Positions 40,360-50,922 of a stretch of 64,000 nt of DNA are shown here, in pieces (position 1 is the stretch's first letter; each line of letters begins with the position of its first letter). Where the stretch lies: the NCBI GenBank assembly GCA_965261735.1, contig OZ253470.1:3520001-3584000 (forward strand), in the 5' to 3' direction. Under the pieces are notes generated by a model. The model was not told the origin of the DNA, did not search any database, and saw only the letters and a list, made by a program, of their open reading frames with translations. A program made the translations under genes and the position numbers. This DNA comes from Alphaproteobacteria bacterium (GTDB taxonomy: Bacteria > Pseudomonadota > Alphaproteobacteria > SHVV01).

Positions 40360-41532
40360 TCAAGAGCTTTGGTAGCGGTCGCCGTTGAGCGACTGCCACA
40401 CCAGGTTGTCAAAATGATGGGTGCCATGTTCGCTGCGCCACGAGTTCTCGGCGTCAACCATCAACCGCCCCTGGGTGTAGCCCAAAGCCTTGACGCCGAG
40501 GGCTTGGCGTTCGATTGCAGCGCGGTCCTGTGGGAACACGACCTCGTTGTAGTTGTCGAACTGGGCCTGATCGTGTGCGGTGGGCTGCTCGTGCTGGCAC
40601 AAATTGATCACGTGACGCTCGCAGGTCTCGGGCGAGATCGACATCGCGCGCAAAATCATGAAGTTCGGCGGGCCCTGCTCGGCAGTGAACACCATATTGG
40701 GCCACAGATACCAGATGTAGATGTCGATGATCTCGGCATCACCGAAACCGTAAGGCAGCTTGTCCTTGTGGTTTTCGATCAGGTCGCGGTTGCCGATGAT
40801 GCGGTGCTCCTGCCAGAACTCCTCCTCATGGGACTCCCAGCTCGTGGTGAGCGAGGCGTCGGACGTGGCCATTTGCTGCGGATGTATCACCGGGCAGTGG
40901 TAGCACTCCATACCATCGAGGATGAACTTCCAGTTCGCCTTGACGGGAAACGTCTTGCGCTGGGCGAAATGGAGATCGTCGAAGCGCGGGATGACGGCGC
41001 GGAAGCGTTCGAGCAGCCCGCCGGCCTGGCTCGCCAGCGACGGCGCCGCGCGATCGAGGTTGACGTAGACCATCGGTCCGAAGGCCTCGACCTGAATCTC
41101 ACTCAAGCAGAAATCTTCCAATCGAAAACCGGCAACATTCTCGGCGTTTCCGGCTGCCTTCAGGTTGCCGTGACCATCGTAGGTCCAGGCGTGGAAGGGG
41201 CACGTGATCATGCGCGCGTTGCCCTTGCCCTCGAGCAGGATGTGGCCGCGGTGCATGCACACGTTGTAGAAGGCGCGGAGTTCACCTGAGGCGGCGCGGA
41301 TGACGAAGACGGGCTGATCGAGAATGTTTGCGGCGATATAATCACCGGGCGCCGTGAGGTCGCCGAGATAACCTACGTACTGCCAGGTTTTGCACCAGAT
41401 CTCATCCTTCTCGGCGGCGAAGACATCGGGATCGTAGTAGTAGTACGCGGGCAAGGTCGCCGAGTGTCGCGCGTCGGCGTTGAATCTCGACTTAAATCCG
41501 TCGGATTCTTGGGCCAGCGGTGCTTTCCGCAC
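40360..41532 (-). CDS. Rieske oxygenase alpha subunit, choline monooxygenase/CntA-like (no beta partner)
   Basis: NVCMHRG...CPFHAW; NWKFILDGMECYHCPVIHP; QD; EHGTHHF. Confidence 0.9.
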   Translation of the reverse strand: MRKAPLAQESDGFKSRFNADARHSATLPAYYYYDPDVFAAEKDEIWCKTWQYVGYLGDLTAPGDYIAANILDQPVFVIRAASGELRAFYNVCMHRGHILLEGKGNARMITCPFHAWTYDGHGNLKAAGNAENVAGFRLEDFCLSEIQVEAFGPMVYVNLDRAAPSLASQAGGLLERFRAVIPRFDDLHFAQRKTFPVKANWKFILDGMECYHCPVIHPQQMATSDASLTTSWESHEEEFWQEHRIIGNRDLIENHKDKLPYGFGDAEIIDIYIWYLWPNMVFTAEQGPPNFMILRAMSISPETCERHVINLCQHEQPTAHDQAQFDNYNEVVFPQDRAAIERQALGVKALGYTQGRLMVDAENSWRSEHGTHHFDNLVWQSLNGDRYQSS

Positions 41533-41608
41533 GTCCGCGCCTCCTCAGCGTCATCACGCCGCTTAGTGTTGCTGGCGCAGATCGGTGGGTCAAGCCAGCG
41601 ATTGCCGG

Positions 41609-42436
41609 TCAGCCTAATACAAAACTAATCATGAGCCGATTGAACTTGTCCGCGTACTCTGATTGCGGCTTGTGATCGCACGCGTCGAAGATCTCGACTC
41701 GGCAATCCGGCATGCGGCCTTGACCCTCGAGCGCCCGCTGCCAGCTGGCGCGAGGATCGTGGCGACCGATCACGACCAGCGTAGGGACGTTCATCTCCGC
41801 GAGCCGGTGGCGCACGTGCCACTCGGGATCGTCGGCGGAACGAACCACGCCCTCGATCGTTTCGGTGAAGGCCTGCTGCCGTCCCGGTAGCGCGAACGCC
41901 GTGAGCTGGCTCAGGATGATCTCCTCGAACACATCGCCCTTGAGGTAGCTGGAGCCGATATTGCGTTCGCGAATCATCGCCGCCGAAGGCGCCGCCAGCG
42001 CCGCGGATTGGTTGGCCTGTGCGTCGCGCGCGGCTTTTTCGAGTTCCTCGGGCGTGTCGAACACCGGCGCGCCCACAAGCACGAGCTTGTCGAGCTGATG
42101 TGGCCGTTCGAAATAGGCGAGGGCGCTGATCATGCCGCCGAACGAACTACCAGCCAGCGTGTAACGATCCATGCCGAGCCGGTCGACGAAGCCGAACAAG
42201 TGCTGGAGCTGTACCTCCTGTGGCACGGCATCCGCCATATCGATCGAGTCGGAATAGCCGTGGCCGATCAGGTCCAGGGCGTAGACCGAAAAATGCTCGG
42301 CCAGGGCATCGATATTGCGCACCCACGTGTCCGCGGCAGCTCCCACACCGTGCACGAGAACGAGATTCGGACCGCTGTCCCCGCCATGGTAGTAGCGGGT
42401 GCGGATGCCATTAACCGGGACGAACGAAGCGCGCAT
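41609..42436 (-). CDS. Alpha/beta hydrolase (meta-cleavage hydrolase-like)
   Basis: LVHG, DLIGHGYS, GSSFGG nucleophile elbow, GRHD and CDHKPQSE. Confidence 0.88.
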   Translation of the reverse strand: MRASFVPVNGIRTRYYHGGDSGPNLVLVHGVGAAADTWVRNIDALAEHFSVYALDLIGHGYSDSIDMADAVPQEVQLQHLFGFVDRLGMDRYTLAGSSFGGMISALAYFERPHQLDKLVLVGAPVFDTPEELEKAARDAQANQSAALAAPSAAMIRERNIGSSYLKGDVFEEIILSQLTAFALPGRQQAFTETIEGVVRSADDPEWHVRHRLAEMNVPTLVVIGRHDPRASWQRALEGQGRMPDCRVEIFDACDHKPQSEYADKFNRLMISFVLG

Positions 42437-42769
42437 AAGACGCCCGCGATGTTGGGGCGACGGAGACTCCGGGACACTTTCACATTGGCGAAGCCGAGCA
42501 AAGCAAAACAGGATTCTCCGCCGTCGATGCGGCGTTCAACGCACGCATCGCTGGAAGGACGAGGAGACCGACGGGCGATGAACTGACCGGCTATGTTTCA
42601 GCCCGAAGACCGCGCCACGCCCGAGCGCGGAATAGGCCTCAGCGGCACTGGTTTTGAGCAGCGCACCCCATCCACCCTGATGAACGGCATGCGCAACGGC
42701 GGCGGGTTTACGCACATGGGTGGATACGTGTTCGCGAAGCGCAGCGAGTTTCGGCCGTGCGCTGAAAGC

Positions 42770-42992
42770 TTGATGACCCCATCCCGATCAATATCGAACC
42801 GCTCAAAAGGGCGGCTACTGCGCCATTCCTCGCGCGTGAGGTTGCCGTCACCATTTGTGTCCTGTTGGGACATGACCTTTTGGGCTGTGGGACGGGCCTC
42901 TTGAGAATTGGCCCGATCAACTGCCAGATTGGCGGCCAAGGCCGCAAAGAACAATAGTTGCTCATACGATCTGCGAAGGCGATTGTGCATGA
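42770..42992 (-). pseudogene. EF-hand protein remnant
   Basis: DTNGDGNLTREE and DIDRDGVI loops; reading frame broken. Confidence 0.5.
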
Positions 42993-43030
42993 TGTTCGTG
43001 ACAACACCCGTTCGCCCGACGTCGGCGCGG

Positions 43031-44479
43031 GATCGTGTCCCGCGGAGTGGTGTAAGAGCGTTGCGCTCTACGCGGCTCCCGGCGTGTAGGGCCGGGACGT
43101 TCAGGCTGCCACGGTGGGCAGCGTGATGGGGACACCATCGCTCAGCGGAGCGATGGATTCCAGCGTCATGTATCTCCTTGAGACGGCCCACTCGTCGTTC
43201 TGCTCGAGAAGGATGGCGCCGACGAGCCGTGTGATGGCGGCTTCGTTGGGAAAGATACCGACGACGTTGGTGCGACGCTTGACCTCGGCATGGAGCCGTT
43301 CGATCGGGTTTGTGGAGTGCAATTTCTGACGGTGCTCCCTGGGGAAGCTCATGTAGGCGAGGACGTCGTGCTCGGCTTCGTCCATGAGAACTGCCAGCTT
43401 GGGCACCTTGGGCCTGAGCTGGTCGGCGACCTGGCGCCACTGGACCTTCGCGCTGTCGGCGTCCTCCTGGGCGAAGGCGGTGGCGACGAAGGCGGAGACG
43501 ACGCGCCGGCCCTGGCGGCCGGCATGGGCCAGCAGGTTGCGGGCGAAGTGCACGCGGCAGCGCTGCCATGTGGCGCCGAGGATCCGGGTCGCGGCGGCCT
43601 TCAGGCCCTTGTGGTCGTCGGAGATCACCAGCTTCACGCCGCGCAGCCCGCGCCGGGCCAGCGAGCGCAGGAACTCGGTCCAGAAGGTCTCGGCCTCCGA
43701 CGCGCCGATCGCCACGCCCAGGACCTCGCGGCGGCCTTGGTCGTTGACGGCCACAGCCACGGTCACCGCGACCGAGACGATGCGTCCGGTCTGGCGCACC
43801 TTCACGTAGGTGGCGTCGAGCCACAGATAGGGCCAGTCGCCCTCCAGCGGTCGATCGAGGAAGCCGGTGACCTTATCGTCGATCTCGCCGCACAGCCTGG
43901 AGACCTGGCTCTTGGAGGCGCCCGACATCCCCATCGCCTGAACCAGATCGTCGACCGAGCGGGTCGACACCCCCTGGATGTAGGCCTCCTGGATCACCGC
44001 AGCCAGCGCCTTCTCGGCCATCCGCCGCGGCTCCAGGAAGCCCGGGAAGTAGCTTCCCTTCCTCAGCTTCGGGATCTTCAGCTCGACCGTGCCGGCCCGC
44101 GTCTCCCAGGACCGGTCGCGGTAGCCGTTGCGATGGGTGATACGATCCGCCGAGCGCTCGCCGTGCCCGGCGCCGGTCAGGCCCTCAACCTCCAGTGCCA
44201 TCAGCCGCTCGGCCGTGAAGCCGATCATCTCGCAAAGCAGATCGGCATCGGAGCTCTTCTCCAAAAGCGCGCGCAGGGTCATCATGTCCTGGGTCATCGT
44301 GGTTCTCCTTCGGGTCAGGTTGGTTTGCACTAGCCCAACCCTAAACCGGAACCGCGATGGCCTCCGCTGTGGATAGCCGGCTTGCCTACGCCAGACTCTC
44401 GGCGGTCGCTACGGCAAGCCGCCTACCCACAGCTACCAGAGGCTCCAACAACTCCTACACCACGTCCTGGGACACGACC
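43031..44479 (-). mobile_element. IS256-family element C, copy 2 (complete, 1449 bp)
   Basis: IRs GATCGTGTCCC / GGGACACGACC; 8-bp TSD CGGCGCGG. Confidence 0.93.
43101..44297 (-). CDS. IS256-family transposase C
   Basis: [22 protein letters not shown] and STNPIERL; AAGGAG RBS before MTQDMM. Confidence 0.93.
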   Translation of the reverse strand: MTQDMMTLRALLEKSSDADLLCEMIGFTAERLMALEVEGLTGAGHGERSADRITHRNGYRDRSWETRAGTVELKIPKLRKGSYFPGFLEPRRMAEKALAAVIQEAYIQGVSTRSVDDLVQAMGMSGASKSQVSRLCGEIDDKVTGFLDRPLEGDWPYLWLDATYVKVRQTGRIVSVAVTVAVAVNDQGRREVLGVAIGASEAETFWTEFLRSLARRGLRGVKLVISDDHKGLKAAATRILGATWQRCRVHFARNLLAHAGRQGRRVVSAFVATAFAQEDADSAKVQWRQVADQLRPKVPKLAVLMDEAEHDVLAYMSFPREHRQKLHSTNPIERLHAEVKRRTNVVGIFPNEAAITRLVGAILLEQNDEWAVSRRYMTLESIAPLSDGVPITLPTVAA

Positions 44480-44610
44480 CGGCGCGGCCTTTACTCATGG
44501 TACGCGATCCGCTGCGCTACAGCACTGAGACAGCAGACAATATCAAAGCCGGACTAGCCGGTGCGAGCCTATCACTGGGTGTCCCGGGCCGACGGCGGCA
44601 TCGCCGGTCA

Positions 44611-44743
44611 GGTCCGCTCCCTAAGGTGAAGCAGACGAAATCGGGAGCAAAGCAGACGTTGCCGCTCGAAGGTCGGCTCTCGGGGGTAGAGCGGTCGGTC
44701 AGGCGACCTGTTCCGAGGTTCGCCTCCTAGCCACAACCGGACT
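44611..44743 (+). repeat. Dispersed hairpin repeat, copy 2 (GTCCGCT..AAGC[A/G]GAC units)
   Basis: Three imperfect hairpin units; homologous to 34187-34265. Confidence 0.5.
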
Positions 44744-44754
44744 TAACCTGCCGA

Positions 44755-45052
44755 CCGGGTCGTTGCCAAGGTGGAAGGGCATCCCGGCGAGCTGTATCCG
44801 CGCGTCGGGCTCATCGTCACCAACCTGAGCCGCCCCGCTGAGCGGGTGGTGGCCTTCTACAATCGGCGCGGCACAGCGGAGCAGCACATCAAGGAGGGCA
44901 AGAACACCAGCAAGTGGACGCGCCTGTCGTGCCGCAGCTTCCGCAACGACGCCGTCCGGCTGCAGGTGCACGCTCTCGCCTACAATCTCGGCAACTTCCT
45001 GCGCATCCTGGGGTTGCCGGGTGCCGTGGAGCAGTGGTCGCTAACGATGCTC
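44755..45052 (+). pseudogene. IS1380-family transposase C-terminal fragment
   Basis: RVVAKVEGHPGELYPRVG...GTAEQHIKEGK...LAYNLGNF, homologous to 23060-23360. Confidence 0.8.
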
Positions 45053-45152
45053 TGGAAGCAAGCGGATTGTATGTCGGGCGATTTCGAGTCACCATCAACC
45101 ATCTGGGGGGTTCCACACGGGGGATCCCGAACTAGAGGTGGGAGGCCTCACA

Positions 45153-45500
45153 ATGAACATGCCAGCATCGGTAAAGCCCGCGTCATGGGGCGCGGTCGGT
45201 GGCGCGATCGCTGCAATGGTTATCGGTTTTGCCTTGGGTGGCTGGGTAACGGGCGGAACGGCCGGAAAGATGGAGGTGGCAAGCGCAGAGGCGGCTATCG
45301 TCCAAGCATTTACGCCACTCTGCGTCGCCAAGGCGGAGCAGCAGCCGGAACAGCTCGTGCTCCTGAAGGAGGAGGACAGCTGGAAGCGCGACGATTTTGT
45401 CGTCAAGGCCGGCTGGGTCGATAACGTGACCGAAAAATACCGCTCCGCGGTCGCAGGAGCGTGCGCGCCGACAGTGGTGGAAGGCATGGGAGCTAAATAG
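45153..45500 (+). CDS. Small membrane-anchored hypothetical protein
   Basis: GGAGG RBS; WGAVGGAIAAMVIGFALGGWVTGGTA...PLCV...AGW...AC pattern. Confidence 0.75.
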   Translation: MNMPASVKPASWGAVGGAIAAMVIGFALGGWVTGGTAGKMEVASAEAAIVQAFTPLCVAKAEQQPEQLVLLKEEDSWKRDDFVVKAGWVDNVTEKYRSAVAGACAPTVVEGMGAK

Positions 45501-45504
45501 ACTT

Positions 45505-45883
45505 GTCCGGTATCAGCCCTACAGGGCGCCATCGAGTGCTTGACGGCCAAGCTGGTGGGTGCTGGCTCCGCTCCCAATCAAGGGCATCCCGGAGGTTTAC
45601 CGCGAACGCCTCAAGGAGATGAACGCCGACACCCGCAGCCTGGGCGCCCACTACAAGACGCCGGGGCGCAATCGCCTGATGGTCGAGCGCGCCAAGGAGC
45701 TGGGGCTCTACGACTGGCTGATCTCGCGCTCGCCGCGACCGTGGGGTACCCGACGTGATCGGTCGCTTCGAGGATTTAGCCGCCAAGGGCCTCAAGAACT
45801 GGGTCATCCATGGCGGCCGCATCAAGGACAAGGTCGCCCATCTCGATATGCTGTCGCGCGAGGTCATGCCCCATCTCGCCTGA
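45505..45883 (+). pseudogene. Probable luciferase-like monooxygenase C-terminal relic
   Basis: Broken frames ending ...LDMLSREVMPHLA*, like LLM C-termini. Confidence 0.45.
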
Positions 45884-46190
45884 CACGATGGCGGAACACC
45901 CGGCGCTTGCGTGACTTCAGCCCAGCGACCAGCAAGAGGAGCTGCCGCTCGAAAGAACGCCAAAGAAGGATAGTACGGCGCCAACTCCGGGAAACGCGAA
46001 TCAGTCCAGCCAACTGAATCCTCCGGACATCAATATCAACCTGCAGATTCACATCTCTTCCGATGCGACGCCAGATCTAATCGATCAAATATTCGCTAGC
46101 ATGGCTAAGCACAATCAACTTTGACTTCTTGCATCAAGTGGGATCGCGCGTAGTTTCGATCAACAGTCACGAGAACCGAGGGACTTATTT

Positions 46191-46562
46191 ATGATCAGTT
46201 ATGTAACGATCGGAACGAACGATCTTGAAGTCAACGCCAAATTCTATGACGCGGTTTTAGGCGTTTTGGGTGCCAGCCGGTCGCTCGAAACGGAAAGATT
46301 CATTGCGTGGAGGGGGAAGTCGGGTGGACCCGCGGTTAGCCTTTCCAAGCCGTATGACGGCAATCCTGCCACGGTCGGCAACGGGATGATGGTCAGCCTG
46401 ACCGCGGAGAGCCCTGAGATAGTAGATGCCATTCACAAGAAAGCGCTGGAGTTGGGAGCAAAGGATGAAGGCGCACCTGGACCTCGGGGCAGCGGTGAAA
46501 ACTATTTCGGTTATTTCCGTGACCCAGATGGTAACAAGCTGTGCGCCGTATATTTTGCTTAG
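46191..46562 (+). CDS. VOC/glyoxalase-family protein
   Basis: MISYVTIGTND...FYDAVLG...ATVGNGMM...GAKDEGAPGPR...YFRDPDGNKL. Confidence 0.92.
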   Translation: MISYVTIGTNDLEVNAKFYDAVLGVLGASRSLETERFIAWRGKSGGPAVSLSKPYDGNPATVGNGMMVSLTAESPEIVDAIHKKALELGAKDEGAPGPRGSGENYFGYFRDPDGNKLCAVYFA

Positions 46563-46731
46563 GAGCAGGGTTCCACCGGTCCAAGGCGAGATCGTTGTAG
46601 CCATACCACTCCGGTGATGAGGATCAAGGCGGCGGGGGAGCAGATGCTGCGCTCTACGTACTCTTTACCGCTGTGACCGGAAACCCGCCCAACGTCCAAC
46701 CGCGCGCCGGCTGAGGTGGTGGAGCTGCTGA

Positions 46732-48162
46732 GTGGCCAGCGAACACTGCGATGTCTTGATCATTGGCGGCGGCCCCGGCGGCATTAGCGCAGCCAGCATG
46801 GCCGTCCTGCATGGGAAAACGGCAACCATTATCAACGATGGCCCGCTTATGGGCTACGGTATCGAAGGGGCGTTCAGGTCCAAGGCCGGCTTCGAAATCG
46901 TCCGCGAGTACCTGCACGTGAAGTTCCGCAACGACGTTTTCGGCGAGATCCCGGTGATGGATTTCGCCAAGCTGAAACGGGGTATCGACCGCTCGGCGGC
47001 CAGCTTGGGCGCGATGCTGGCTACCCGATTACGGCGTCTCAATATCCGCGTGGTGCAGGGCCGCGCCACCTTCGTCGATACACACCGCGTGGTCGTCGGC
47101 GACCAGGAGTTTTCTGGCGAGCACATCATTATAGCCACCGGAACCCGGCCGCGAGTTCTGCCGCGGATGATGGTCGATGGGACCCGGATAGTCACCAGCG
47201 ATGAAGCCATCAACCTGTCGCATTCGCCAGCGAGTGTCCTGATTCTCGGCGCCGGCATCATTGGCTGCGAATTCGCCAGTATGTTCAACGCCGTCGGCAC
47301 CAAGGTTCATCTTGTCGATACCAAATCCCGGATCATGTCGAACGAGGATCACGACATCAGCGCGTTCATTGAAAACGCCTTCGCGGCCAGGGGCATCGAC
47401 GTCATCCCCGCCAGCCGCTATCAGAGCCATCAGCTCATGGACCGCGGCGTTCGCACAACGTTGTCCACCGGCGACATCGACACCGAAATGATCCTCGTTG
47501 CCGTGGGCCGCGCGCCCGCCATCGAAGATCTTAATTTGGCGGTCACCGGGGTTGCACTCGATTCGCAAAGCTATATTCGCATCGACGCCAATGCCCGCAC
47601 CAATGTGGCGCACATTTATGCCGTCGGTGATATCGGCACCCGCAACGTGCCAAGTGATTTGTCATTGGTTCATGTCGCCGAAGCCGAGGGTCGGTGCGCC
47701 GCCGCCCACATTCTCGGCATTGACTATCCCCAAGGCCTCGACCACATCCCCTATATCGTCTTCACCATTCCCATGATGGCGGGCGCCGGCGTCACCGAAT
47801 CTTACGTGCGCAAAACCCATGGCGGCGTCCGGGTCGGCAAATACCCCTTTGCCCGCAACCACCGCGCCCATGCCATTCAACCGCCGATCGGGTTTGTGAA
47901 ACTCATCGTCGGCCCACTCGGTGACGACAGAATTCTCGGCGTACGCGCGGTCGGCCCCAACGCCGACGCGATCGTTGGCGCGGCGGCGATTATGATCGAG
48001 CGCAATCTCCCTTATAACTACATCCTTGAATCGATCTTTCCGCATCCGTCGTTGCTGGAATGCCTTAAGGGGGCCGCCCATATTATCGCCGGCGATGCGC
48101 TTCAGTATGAGGAGGGCGAAGAACTGACCATCGCCCAAGCGCTCGGTGGAACTAACTCGTAA
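46732..48162 (+). CDS. Lpd/SthA-like FAD/NAD(P)-dependent oxidoreductase lacking the redox disulfide
   Basis: IIGGGPGG, IIIATGTRP, LGAGIIGCEFA, IYAVGD and C-terminal FPHPSLLE dimerisation domain. Confidence 0.88.
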   Translation: MASEHCDVLIIGGGPGGISAASMAVLHGKTATIINDGPLMGYGIEGAFRSKAGFEIVREYLHVKFRNDVFGEIPVMDFAKLKRGIDRSAASLGAMLATRLRRLNIRVVQGRATFVDTHRVVVGDQEFSGEHIIIATGTRPRVLPRMMVDGTRIVTSDEAINLSHSPASVLILGAGIIGCEFASMFNAVGTKVHLVDTKSRIMSNEDHDISAFIENAFAARGIDVIPASRYQSHQLMDRGVRTTLSTGDIDTEMILVAVGRAPAIEDLNLAVTGVALDSQSYIRIDANARTNVAHIYAVGDIGTRNVPSDLSLVHVAEAEGRCAAAHILGIDYPQGLDHIPYIVFTIPMMAGAGVTESYVRKTHGGVRVGKYPFARNHRAHAIQPPIGFVKLIVGPLGDDRILGVRAVGPNADAIVGAAAIMIERNLPYNYILESIFPHPSLLECLKGAAHIIAGDALQYEEGEELTIAQALGGTNS

Positions 48163-48318
48163 CCGAGTGCCGTATCTTTAGAGCGGCTATGGGCCACACC
48201 ATTTGTGGGTTGTCACAACCTCGCCGGGTTGTTCTGCTCATGGTGGTCATATGCCCTGCGACTCACTCCCCAGCTCTTGCAGGCAATATGCAATCGGGAG
48301 ATGGATTGGAGAGAGTCG

Positions 48319-48655
48319 ATGGAATTCGAAGCAGAGGTCGCAAGGCTGCACGCGGAACTGCGTTTGCCCGGCTTGGCAGTGGGTATGATACGGGGCCGCG
48401 AACTATGGTGGTTCAATGGCTACGGCTTTGCTGACCTGGCGGAGAAAACTCCGGTGACGCGCGACACGCCGTTTCACCTGGCGTCCCTGACCAAGACCTT
48501 TGCGTCCACCCTGCTCATGCAACTGGTCGAACAGGGCAAACTCGACCTCGACACACCCGCCGCGACGTTCGGCATCGATCTGAAAAGCCGTGGCACCATC
48601 ACCGTGCGGCACCTCTTTTCTCACACCTCCAGAGGCAAGCCCGGCAAGCGTTATC
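48319..48655 (+). pseudogene. Serine hydrolase/beta-lactamase-family N-terminal fragment
   Basis: LPGLAVG...GYGFAD...TPFHLASLTK (SxxK)...ITVRHLFSHTS, then similarity is lost. Confidence 0.8.
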
Positions 48656-49767
48656 CTCCATCCGGCACCATATCGTCGCCGGCTAAGCTTGGGCAGCCTC
48701 GGGCGATATTGCGGCCTTCAGCGTGAGAAACGCGCTCGCCGCTCCGAGAAGCGCCAAGCCCGCAGAAATCAGCATGACGAGGCGATAGCCGGAGACAAAG
48801 GCTTCGGCTATCGCGCTCTCGAGCGCTGCGCGGGCGGCGCCGCCGACACCGGCAGGCACCTGCGCACCGGCGAGCTTAACGCGCTCGGCATCGAGCGCCT
48901 CGCGGACCCCGGAGGGCAGTTCGAGCGTCGCGAGGCTGCCGTCGAGACCGCTATTGAAGGCGGCAAGAACGAAGATGCCCATGACCGCGATGGCGAGGAG
49001 CCCCGCGACCCGCGAAACGGCATTGTTGATGCCCGAGGCGATGCCCGCGCGACCCTCGTCGACGGCGCCCATGACGAGCGTCGTGACTGGAGCGGCGCTG
49101 ACCGCCATTCCGAGGCCCAACACGACCATCGCCGGGAAGATCGTGGCCCAGTAATTCCCGCCTACCGCGGGAACGGCGAAGAGTGCGAACCCGGCAGCCG
49201 CAAGAATCTGCCCCGCGACCAGCGGCGTCCGGCCGCCGTAGCGGTCGGTCAGGCCGCCGGACCAGCGCGACAAAGCGCCGACGATGAGGATGAAGGGCAG
49301 GAACGCGGCGCCGGCCTCGGTCGCCGAGTATCCCTGCACCTGAACGAGATTGAAGGGCACGTAAAACAGCCCGCCGGAGAGAGCGCCATAGAGCAAGAGC
49401 GTGATGAGGTTGGCGCCGGCGAAGGTGCGCGAACGAAAAAGGCCGGGCGGCACCATCGGCGCCGATAGGCGCGCCTCGACGACCAGGAACGCCCCGATAC
49501 CAACAATGCCGACGGCGAGCGCACCCAGCACCATGGCATCGTCGAGGCCGCGCTGGCCCGCCTCGATCAGCCCGAAGACAAGGGCGCCGAGGCCAACCGT
49601 CACCAACAGCGCTCCCATGCCGTCGAGCCGGTACTCTCTGGTCTTGCCGTGGCTCTCGGGTACGTACCGGATCAGGATGGCGACGACGACGACCGCCGCG
49701 GGGACGTTGATGAAGAAGATCCACCGCCACGAGACGTTGTCCACCAACCAGCCGCCCAAGACCGGAC

Positions 49768-50850
49768 CTAGTGGATTGATTCCAACGTTTGGAACCCTCT
49801 GTTTCGTGCGGCGATGATATGATCGGGGTCGGCTTTCCAGATGAAGGGTTTTGGGTTTGCGTCATTGTATTCGCGGACAAATCGGTTGATGGCGTCCTGA
49901 AGGTCGACGACGGATTGGAAGACGCCGTATTTGAGCCTGCGCCGCGTTAGTTTGGCGAAGAAGCCCTCGACGGCATTGAGCCACGAGCACGAGGTTGGCG
50001 TGAAGTGGAAGGTCCAGCGTGGATGGCGGGCGAGCCAGGCGCGGACCTTGTCCTTCTTGTGCGCGGCGTAGTTGTCGAGGATGACGTGGACGGCCTTGTC
50101 CGTCGGCACCTCGCGCTCGATGCGGTTGAGGAAGCGGATGAACTCCTGATGGCGGTGGCGCTGCATGTTCTGTGCGATGACCGTACCGTCCAGCACGTTG
50201 AGCGCGGCGAACAGCGTCGTCGTGCCATGCCGTTTGTAATCATAGGTCATCGTACCGGCGCGGCCCTTCTTCATCGGCAAGCCGGGTTGGGTGCGGTCGA
50301 GCGCCTGGATCTGTGATTTCTCATCAACCGACAGCACCACGGCATGGGCCGGCGGATCGACATACAAGCCGACGATATCTGTGAGCTTCTCGGCGAAGGC
50401 GGGATCATTGGAGAGCTTGAAGTGCCGCCAGCGGTGCGGGCTGAGGCCATGGGCCTTCCAGATCGCTTGGACCGTCGACGCCGCGACGCCAGCAACCTTC
50501 GCCATCGCGCGCAGCGTCCAGTGGGTCGCCTCGTGCGGCGGCGCTTGCTGGGTCAGGCGGACGATCTCGGCGACGCGCTCCGGCGGGATCGGCGCTTTGC
50601 CAGGCGGACGGGACCTGTCGCGAAGCAAGCCGTTGACACCCTCGTGCATGAACCGCTCCTGCCAGCGCCAGACACAGGTCTTGGACTTGCCGGTCTCGGC
50701 CATGATCGACGAGTTCCCGAGCCCCTCGTCGCTCTTCAGGATGATCCGCGCCCGCCAGACATGTTTCTGCGAGCTCTTCGGGTCCGCGACGATAGCTTGC
50801 AATCGCTGACGGTCGCCAGACGTGACAGTAAAATGGATGCCGGTGCGCAT
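49768..50850 (-). CDS. IS630-family transposase
   Basis: SVDEKSQIQAL, YKRHGTTTLFAAL, ILDNY and SWLNAVEGFF; the stop codon lies in the target CTAG. Confidence 0.92.
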   Translation of the reverse strand: MRTGIHFTVTSGDRQRLQAIVADPKSSQKHVWRARIILKSDEGLGNSSIMAETGKSKTCVWRWQERFMHEGVNGLLRDRSRPPGKAPIPPERVAEIVRLTQQAPPHEATHWTLRAMAKVAGVAASTVQAIWKAHGLSPHRWRHFKLSNDPAFAEKLTDIVGLYVDPPAHAVVLSVDEKSQIQALDRTQPGLPMKKGRAGTMTYDYKRHGTTTLFAALNVLDGTVIAQNMQRHRHQEFIRFLNRIEREVPTDKAVHVILDNYAAHKKDKVRAWLARHPRWTFHFTPTSCSWLNAVEGFFAKLTRRRLKYGVFQSVVDLQDAINRFVREYNDANPKPFIWKADPDHIIAARNRGFQTLESIH

Positions 50851-50922
50851 AGCACAGACTCGCATGACACCGCACAATACGGAATCTCAAATCGGACTCT
50901 TTCGTTCCGATCAATCCACTAG
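49768..50922 (-). mobile_element. IS630-family insertion sequence
   Basis: CTAGTGGATTGAT IR at both ends with duplicated CTAG. Confidence 0.92.

Noticed and set aside
42593-42770. Possible LysR C-terminal remnant as regulator of the Rieske operon
   Set aside because: No HTH domain and only weak similarity; not a functional regulator.
45950-46115. Fragment PDININLQIHISSDATPDLIDQIFASMAKH, DUF5343-like tail
   Set aside because: Short orphan piece with no start codon; family assignment cannot be verified here.
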